This document shows, piece by piece, positions 58,155 to 64,000 of a DNA stretch of 64,000 nucleotides. Origin of the DNA: Minisyncoccota bacterium (GTDB lineage Bacteria; Patescibacteriota; Minisyncoccia; Phycocordibacterales; JAQTLZ01); NCBI GenBank assembly GCA_028714635.1, contig JAQTLZ010000002.1:9362-73361 (forward strand), given 5' to 3'. How positions within the stretch are numbered: the stretch's first letter is position 1; each line of letters starts with the position of its first letter. Under the pieces are notes generated by a model. The model was not told the origin of the DNA, ran no database searches, and saw only the letters and a program-made list of their open reading frames with translations. A program made the translations under genes and the position numbers.

Positions 58155-58685
58155 TTATTCAGCGTTTGTGAAGACTTCCTGCACCTCATCATTTTCTTCA
58201 AGTTCGTCCACCAGTTTTTCAAGTGTAGCGATATCAACATCTTCAAGGGGAACAGTTGTCTGTGCTTCCCATCCTGTGCCGACTTTTTTGAATGCCCACG
58301 TTGCTGCGCCGATGCCGGCAAGCGATGCCCCGTATTTAGAAAGAATAAATTTTATTTCTTGCGCCGCCTTGTTTCTATTATCGGTAAGCGCTTCAATGAT
58401 TATCGCGCATCCGCCCGGCCCGTATGATTCATACGTGATCGAATCCATAGCTGCGCTTTTATCAGTCGAAGCTTTCTTCAAAGCCCGATCAATAGTGTCG
58501 TTCGGCATATTTGCCGCTTTCGCTCTATCAATAACAGCCTTTAAAGACGGAGAATTCAAATTTCCCCCTGCCTTTTTGGCTTCAATAACAAGCAAGCGGC
58601 CGAATTTTGAAAACATTTTGCTCTTTTTTGCATCTGAAACACCTTTCTGTCTCTTGATCTGGCTCCATTTGTTATGACCTGACAT
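58155..58685 (-). CDS. yebC: YebC/PmpR family transcriptional regulator (compact, 176 aa)
   Basis: MSGHNKWSQIKRQKG N-terminus typical of YebC. Confidence 0.8.
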   Translation of the reverse strand: MSGHNKWSQIKRQKGVSDAKKSKMFSKFGRLLVIEAKKAGGNLNSPSLKAVIDRAKAANMPNDTIDRALKKASTDKSAAMDSITYESYGPGGCAIIIEALTDNRNKAAQEIKFILSKYGASLAGIGAATWAFKKVGTGWEAQTTVPLEDVDIATLEKLVDELEENDEVQEVFTNAE

Positions 58686-58697
58686 ATATATTCATTA

Positions 58698-59726
58698 TTA
58701 TAATAATTTGTTTTGCAAATGCGAGGGTGCGTCTATATTTAAATGTCCGTAGGCTTTGATTGTTGCGGTTCTTCCACGAGGAGTTCTTTCAAGAAAGCCG
58801 AGTTGAATTAAATATGGTTCGTTGAATTCTTCGATAGTCGCTTCTTCTTCGGAGAGCGCTGCCGATAGCGTGCCAAGTCCCACTGGTCCGCCGGAGAATT
58901 TGTTGATAAGGACATCGATGAGGCTTCTATCCGACGCGAGAAGTCCTCGTTCGTCTACGCCAAGAAGTGAGAGCGCCTCCATGACAGTATTTTTATCGAG
59001 CGCTTTTTTCCCAACCTGGGCAAAATCTCGGCATCGTTTCAGAAGATAGTTCGCAGTTCGCGGAGTGAACCGGCTTCGTTTCGCGATTTCTTTTATGCCG
59101 TCTTCATGAATTTCGACACCGAGAATTTTTGCAGAGCGTTTCAGAATTTCCCCGATTTCTTTTTCCGTATAAAACTCAAGGCGGAAAATTCCTCCTGAAA
59201 AACGGGAGCGCAAGGGCGATGAGAGAAGTGCGACGCGAGTAGTGGCCGCAATGAGCGTAAATGGAGGCAGATCAAGCTGAATTGTGCGTGCTGAAGGGCC
59301 TTTGCCGATAATAATATCGAGCGAGCCCGCCTCCATTGCGGGGTAAAGCATTTCTTCGACGGTCTTATTGAGCCGGTGGATCTCATCTATGAAGAGAATG
59401 TCTCCGGGAGAGAGGTTGGTGAGAATCGAAGCAAGGTCGCCTACTTTTTCGATTGCTGGGCCAGAGGTAATTTTCATCTGGGCAGAGATTTCTTTCGCGA
59501 TGAGGTGCGCAAGCGTCGTTTTCCCAAGTCCCGGGGGTCCGTAAAAGAGGATATGCTCCGGCGGGTGCTTCCTTTCGGCCGCGGCAGAGAGGAGAACCTG
59601 CAAATTATCCTTAATATTTTTCTGTCCTATGTATTCTTGCCAGCGGGAAGGCCGAAGCGTCTGGTCCAGAAAGCCACTTTCTTCTTTTATTTCGCCTTTT
59701 TCATTTTTTTTCTGTTCTTTTTTCAT
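58698..59726 (-). CDS. ruvB: Holliday junction branch-migration helicase RuvB
   Basis: Walker A GPPGLGKTTLA, Walker B ILFIDEIHRL, C-terminal winged helix. Confidence 0.9.
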   Translation of the reverse strand: MKKEQKKNEKGEIKEESGFLDQTLRPSRWQEYIGQKNIKDNLQVLLSAAAERKHPPEHILFYGPPGLGKTTLAHLIAKEISAQMKITSGPAIEKVGDLASILTNLSPGDILFIDEIHRLNKTVEEMLYPAMEAGSLDIIIGKGPSARTIQLDLPPFTLIAATTRVALLSSPLRSRFSGGIFRLEFYTEKEIGEILKRSAKILGVEIHEDGIKEIAKRSRFTPRTANYLLKRCRDFAQVGKKALDKNTVMEALSLLGVDERGLLASDRSLIDVLINKFSGGPVGLGTLSAALSEEEATIEEFNEPYLIQLGFLERTPRGRTATIKAYGHLNIDAPSHLQNKLL

Positions 59727-59760
59727 TCCTTATCAATAGTGTACCACAGAGTATGAGGCA

Positions 59761-59789
59761 TTGACATTAAAACTAATTCATGCTAGTAT
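59761..59789 (+). promoter_or_regulatory. Consensus-like promoter (TTGACA, 17-nt spacer, TAGTAT) facing a roughly 330-bp ORF-free region
   Basis: Hexamers and spacing. Confidence 0.4.
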
Positions 59790-60100
59790 GGTGCCAGTTC
59801 CGAAAAAAAGATTTTGTTTGAAAAGCCAGTCAAAAACTCAACTTTAGGCTCGTATCGAGTGCATAAATCTCTAAGCAATTAAACCTCACCGTTTATTAGT
59901 ATCCTTCGAGGACTTTCTGGTCTGAACTTCGGTTCATCTCTGGGAAAATCCTTAGAGGGTATATTTAACTTTTTATAGCTTGCTATAAAAAGAATTGCTT
60001 GGAGATTTCTGAATTCGATCTCTTTCTTCTGTTTTCAATACTACTCCTCTTTTTTCATTCTTCCATATTTACAACCCGGAATTTCAATGTCTGGTTGTGT

Positions 60101-60138
60101 GACAAAAAATCTTCACATGCATGTGAAGATTTTTTGTC
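60101..60138. terminator. Perfect 38-bp palindrome GACAAAAAATCTTCACATG/CATGTGAAGATTTTTTGTC overlapping the pilB stop; bidirectional terminator
   Basis: Inverted repeat with flanking A and T runs. Confidence 0.55.
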
Positions 60139-61813
60139 AAGAAACCATTTTTATTTCAATCACCCTCTGTAATTCAGGAAGGGAAGTTACTCCTTGGAGT
60201 ACTTTTATCACCCCATCCTGCTCCAAAGTGAGAAGTCCTTGCGGAGCTGCCGCAGCGCGGATCTCCCGTTCGCTTGGATTTTCTTCCACCACTTTCTCGA
60301 TTGCCTGATCAGTAAGGATTGCCTCGTAAATTCCGATTCGTCCTTTATATCCGGTTCCGTTGCATTTTTCACAGCCTACCGCTTCCCAAATTGTTTTCGC
60401 TTCAATTTTATTTTCAGCCGAGACGATGGTCGAAAGAATGTATTTGATAAGTTTTTCGGTTTCGCCTTCAAGCGGGATTTCTTTTTTGCAATTTTGACAG
60501 AGCGTTCGCACAAGTCTTTGGGCTAGAGCAATGTTGATCGCTGAAGTGAGAATTTTTGGATTCACGCCGAGGTCTATGAGGCGGGGGAAAGAGCCCGCAG
60601 CATCGTTGGTGTGAAGTGTCGAGAAGACGAGGTGTCCCGTGAGAGCGGAATTGATAGCAATCTCTGCAGTTTCTGAATCTCGAATTTCACCGACCATGAT
60701 GACGTCGGGGTCTTGTCGCAGTGCGGAGCGAAGTCCTGTGAGGAAGGTGTATCCTTTTTCCGCGTCAGTCTGTGTCTGCACGATTCCGGGCAAGTGATAT
60801 TCAATCGGATCTTCGATGGTGATGATCTTGATTTCCGGACTGTGAATTTTTTTCAGGAATGAATACAAAGTCGTCGTCTTTCCGGAACCAGTAGGCCCAG
60901 TGGTGAGGATCATTCCGTTCGGCTTGGAAATTTCATGTTCGAGTAGTTTCAAAAGTTTCGGCTGAATGCCAAGCTCTTCCATCGGGACATTGATGGTTTT
61001 CGGATTCAAAATACGAAGCACGATTGATTCGCTGTACGCTCCGGGCAAGATCGAGGTTCGGATCTCAATATTCTGGGTATCAATATGAACGCTGAATCGT
61101 CCGTCTTGCGCATTCGCTTTAATATTGAGTTTCAATCCCGAAAGAAGCTTTACTCGAGAGAGAAGCAGGGAATAGGTGTCGCGATCAAAGGTGAGAATGT
61201 CGAGGAGTACGCCGTCGAGTCGGTAGCGAAGGCGCACGTATCCCTCTTCAGGTTCGATATGGATATCGGATGCAGAAGTTGCGAGCGCTCCGGCAACGAT
61301 GATCTCGAGAATTTTTGAAATTCGGTAGCCTTTTTTCTGCACCAACACATCTTCGATGAGTTTTTTGACGTCTCCGATCGTCTTTACATTTTTAAGAATT
61401 GCCGCGATCTCCTCATTTGAGATATCAAGCGCTCCCGCTTTTGTTTCGTAGGCGAAAGAAATGTCTTTGTAGCGCGACCATGCTTTTTCTAGGCTCGCGT
61501 TCGAAACAAGAAATAAGGTGCATTCATATCCGCGGGTTTTGAGCTCCCGTAGCGTTTCAATCGTTTTTTCATTTTGAGGAGCTTGGACGGCAACTTGAAG
61601 TTTTTTCCCCACCATATTGAAGATCGCCACCTTTGCTTCATGAGCTTTTTCTTCCGGCACGATTCCAAGAGCATCGGTATTGATGGAAATTGTGGAAAGA
61701 TCGAGGTAACCCATTTCATATTTTTCAGAAAGTTCCTGAGCGAGTTCTTCCTCCTCGAGTTTATAGAGTTCTTTAACTTTCTTTTTTTGCTTGTCGTCGT
61801 CGAATTCAACCAT
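60137..61813 (-). CDS. pilB: Type IV pilus / type II secretion assembly ATPase (PilB/GspE family)
   Basis: N-terminal GSPII_E domain, Walker A GPTGSGKTTTL, Asp and His boxes, tetracysteine motif CQNC...CEKCNG. Confidence 0.85.
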   Translation of the reverse strand: MVEFDDDKQKKKVKELYKLEEEELAQELSEKYEMGYLDLSTISINTDALGIVPEEKAHEAKVAIFNMVGKKLQVAVQAPQNEKTIETLRELKTRGYECTLFLVSNASLEKAWSRYKDISFAYETKAGALDISNEEIAAILKNVKTIGDVKKLIEDVLVQKKGYRISKILEIIVAGALATSASDIHIEPEEGYVRLRYRLDGVLLDILTFDRDTYSLLLSRVKLLSGLKLNIKANAQDGRFSVHIDTQNIEIRTSILPGAYSESIVLRILNPKTINVPMEELGIQPKLLKLLEHEISKPNGMILTTGPTGSGKTTTLYSFLKKIHSPEIKIITIEDPIEYHLPGIVQTQTDAEKGYTFLTGLRSALRQDPDVIMVGEIRDSETAEIAINSALTGHLVFSTLHTNDAAGSFPRLIDLGVNPKILTSAINIALAQRLVRTLCQNCKKEIPLEGETEKLIKYILSTIVSAENKIEAKTIWEAVGCEKCNGTGYKGRIGIYEAILTDQAIEKVVEENPSEREIRAAAAPQGLLTLEQDGVIKVLQGVTSLPELQRVIEIKMVS

Positions 61814-61974
61814 CGTAGCTATTAGTGTAGCCTTTTTTTATCTTTCTACAAAGATATTTTCTTGCTTGACTTTTTTCACATTAATGATATAAACATAAAA
61901 GGCAAAAGAGTAACAAGGCGAGAATCCGTGCGGATTCCCTTGATTTTTTTCAACAAATCAACTTCGGAGGAGTT

Positions 61975-62388
61975 ATGGCTCACGGTGGTGACAGTCACAA
62001 ATCCTCCGGAGGCGGAGGCGGAGGAGGCGGAGGGAAAGGAACTCCGGGTATGGGACTTTTCCTTCTTCCAATTTTCCTTTCCATTGTCGGTATCGGCAAG
62101 GGAATTGGCTTCGTGAAGGGAGCCTTTCACCGAGCTCCCATTGTCCAGACCGAAATTCAGGAAGAAGAAGGGGAAGTGGAGGTTGTCACCGAGGGTGAGG
62201 ACACTGCTCTACCAACCGAGAATGAGCAAGGTGTCTTAACTGAGGAGAATACCTACGTAGCTCCCCCTGTTCAGAAGAACCCCACCATCTGGATGGTTCC
62301 CAAAATTCCAAAAGTAAGGGCAGATAATGTTGATGAAGTGAACCGGCTCTCTATTCAGAAGATGAGAGCGCTTCGCAACACAAAATAG
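61975..62388 (+). CDS. Small membrane protein with a Gly run (GGGGGGGGGKG) and an acidic C-terminal half
   Basis: ORF with one TM helix, followed by a terminator. Confidence 0.4.
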   Translation: MAHGGDSHKSSGGGGGGGGGKGTPGMGLFLLPIFLSIVGIGKGIGFVKGAFHRAPIVQTEIQEEEGEVEVVTEGEDTALPTENEQGVLTEENTYVAPPVQKNPTIWMVPKIPKVRADNVDEVNRLSIQKMRALRNTK

Positions 62389-62393
62389 GCCCA

Positions 62394-62420
62394 AAAGGAG
62401 CGTTTCGCTCCTTTTTTACT
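62394..62420 (+). terminator. Rho-independent terminator (GGAGCG-tttc-GCTCC plus T6)
   Basis: Hairpin and U-run. Confidence 0.6.
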
Positions 62421-62457
62421 GCTCCGAAGTTCCATTTTTAATAATTAAGCGAGGCTA

Positions 62458-62485
62458 TTGACTTTTTCATACGAAGTGCTATAAT
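62458..62485 (+). promoter_or_regulatory. Promoter: TTGACT, 16-nt spacer, TATAAT, at the start of the high-GC island
   Basis: Near-consensus hexamers. Confidence 0.55.
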
Positions 62486-62569
62486 GGTAACGGGAAAACA
62501 GATCGAGGAATCCTTGGAGGCAATTTCGCCACGAGGGCAACTCTTCGAACATTTACAGGGAGGTGTACG

Positions 62570-63505
62570 ATGACGGTTCAACAGCGGTCAGCAAAGAAGG
62601 CGCGTTTGGAGCATTTGAAGTCGCGTCTCAGCGATTCCCAGCGTAAATACGCTGATGCTCTGCAAATGGGCGACCATGTCGAGATGCGCAAGGCGGAGGC
62701 GGAGATCGAGTCCGCCAGCAATGAAATCACAGGGCTGAAGGTCATTCTCCAGCCCGCGTGGTGGCGCTGGACGAAGGTCGCAGCGCTCGTCGTGCTCGGC
62801 TTGGCCATCGCATACTTCTTCCGCAACAGTCTCTTCTCGGCCTCAACGGCGAAGGTGGCTGTCGTCAAATTGGAACCGGCGCCTGCCGCTCTGACGGCTG
62901 GCGACAAGACGGCTCCGAAGGGCGATGCGCCGAAGGACGAAGTTGTGGCGAAGGACGACAAGGGCAAGGGCGACGGCAAGGATGCGACTGACAAGCCGAA
63001 AACGGACGAACCGAAAGGTGAGACCGCGACGGCCAAGGACGCAGTCAAGCTCACGCCCGCGACCGCGTCGGACGACGGGAAGACGACTACCATCGACCTC
63101 GATGCCCCCGGCAAACCGCCGGAAAACATCGTTGTTGATGGTGCGGATACCAGCAAGGACCGCAAGGTTTCGCTCGTGAACGGCAAAGTGATCGTCGTGG
63201 TCGCGGGCGACCCGGCCAAGAATCAGGCCGCAGTCAATGGTGAGACGCTTCGGCGGATCGCCTTGACCGATGAAGCCTTGGTCAAAGCCAATCGCAACGC
63301 GTCTCGCTGGCGGGCAACAGCCGGCAACGTAAAAGCGATGAACGCTGAATCCGAAAGGATGATGCGCGTACTTCTCGAGGTGCACGATCCGCTGTTCGAA
63401 CGTGAGAACAAGCTGGTCAAGGATCTCGAGTGCCCGATCGTTGTGACCGAAAAGGACACGAGCGGCGAGAATACGCTGACCCTTCCTGAAACTGGCAAGC
63501 CGTAA
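62570..63505 (+). CDS. Hypothetical membrane-anchored protein (311 aa) in the high-GC island. One TM helix, a Lys/Asp/Ala/Thr-rich low-complexity region and a conserved C-terminal domain.
   Basis: ORF with SD-like GGAGG upstream. GC far above the window average. Confidence 0.55.
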   Translation: MTVQQRSAKKARLEHLKSRLSDSQRKYADALQMGDHVEMRKAEAEIESASNEITGLKVILQPAWWRWTKVAALVVLGLAIAYFFRNSLFSASTAKVAVVKLEPAPAALTAGDKTAPKGDAPKDEVVAKDDKGKGDGKDATDKPKTDEPKGETATAKDAVKLTPATASDDGKTTTIDLDAPGKPPENIVVDGADTSKDRKVSLVNGKVIVVVAGDPAKNQAAVNGETLRRIALTDEALVKANRNASRWRATAGNVKAMNAESERMMRVLLEVHDPLFERENKLVKDLECPIVVTEKDTSGENTLTLPETGKP

Positions 63506-63555
63506 AAAGCCGGCCGGTAGTACAGTACAAGTTGAACAAAGAGGAATAAAGAATG

Positions 63556-63582
63556 GGAGCACAATCTGGTGCTCCTTTTTTC
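63556..63582 (+). terminator. Rho-independent terminator (GGAGCAC-aatctg-GTGCTCC plus T6)
   Basis: Hairpin and U-run. Confidence 0.55.
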
Positions 63583-63764
63583 GTATCTTTCGTCACTTTC
63601 GTCTCCTACCCCCGTCTTCTTATGCGGGCACTAGAGGCACTTGACAAAGCAGTGCTTTGTGTGCTATCATTATAGCCAGAAGGACCTTGTGATGTAGAGT
63701 AGAAGTGGAAGTTCAACCGTCAATCATGTCGCTCTGAAGCGGCAAACTTTGGGAGGATTTGAGG

Positions 63765-64000
63765 ATGAAAAGCATCGTTTTCGTACTGTTCGTGTTCGTG
63801 CTCTCGGCCAGTGTGGTCGCGGGCGAAGAAGGTCAGGTTCCCACGACCGTTAATGTTTCGGTCACGGGTGACCCCCTGAAGAACCAGGAGTTGGTGAATG
63901 CGGAGGCAACGAAACGCCTCGCTGAAACTGACGAAGCGCTGGTCAAACAGCGTATCAACGCGCAGAACTGGCGCGCGGCTTACCAAGGGAAGGGGAAGAA
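63765..64000 (+). CDS. Exported protein, 3'-truncated by the window end. Paralog of the C-terminal domain of the 62570-63505 gene; has a signal peptide.
   Basis: GGAGG RBS. MKSIVFVLFVFVLSASVVA signal peptide. GDPLKNQELVN..TDEALVKQRINAQNWRA aligns with GDPAKNQAAVN..TDEALVKANRNASRWRA. Confidence 0.5.
   Translation, partial: MKSIVFVLFVFVLSASVVAGEEGQVPTTVNVSVTGDPLKNQELVNAEATKRLAETDEALVKQRINAQNWRAAYQGKGK

Noticed and set aside
60087-60526. Plus-strand ORFs antisense to the pilB 3' end
   Set aside because: They overlap the strongly conserved PilB C-terminal region and begin inside the terminator palindrome.
62578-63564. Long minus-strand ORFs (213, 239 and 113 aa) antisense to the high-GC gene
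   Set aside because: High GC suppresses stop codons. The Arg/Ala/Gly-rich translations have no start context, whereas the plus-strand gene has a promoter, an RBS and a terminator.
1-64000. CRISPR arrays, rRNA genes and complete IS elements
   Set aside because: No regularly spaced direct repeats with unique spacers, no rRNA-like conserved blocks, and no transposase with terminal inverted repeats were found on inspection. The only repeats are the tRNA-derived units and short microsatellites described above.

Overview
Low-GC (about 40%) bacterial chromosomal segment with compact, mostly well-conserved housekeeping genes. It contains the chromosomal replication origin: rpmH-rnpA-yidC-jag on the minus strand, then a DnaA-box cluster, then dnaA and dnaN on the plus strand. 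Other recognisable genes include rny (5' partial), hup, rpsO, pnp, comM, pcrA, rsmA, PBP1A, tyrS, ruvB-yebC-ruvC, cca, xth, a Xer-type tyrosine recombinase and a pilB-type ATPase. There are four tRNA genes (Gly-UCC, Pro-UGG, Gly-GCC, Arg-UCG), none with an encoded CCA. The tRNA-Gly(UCC) and tRNA-Pro loci are embedded in decayed duplications of their 3' ends plus a conserved about 40-nt hairpin motif. Five or six paralogous TrmB-like winged-helix regulators lie within the first 21 kb, some with a shared operator-like motif. The most striking feature is a roughly 15-kb same-strand cluster (33.3-48.3 kb) of secreted or polytopic membrane proteins around a VirB4/TrbE-like ATPase. It includes VirB3/PrgI-like, VirB6-like and VirB2-like pilin candidates, with no relaxase or coupling protein in the window. 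This looks like a type IV secretion-like or conjugation-like surface apparatus. The last 1.5 kb is a sharply higher-GC island encoding two paralogous exported proteins. No CRISPR array or rRNA was seen. Gene content and style (tRNAs needing CCA addition, orphan substrate-binding protein, many hypothetical secreted proteins) would fit a small-genome monoderm or Patescibacteria-like organism, but that is inference only.
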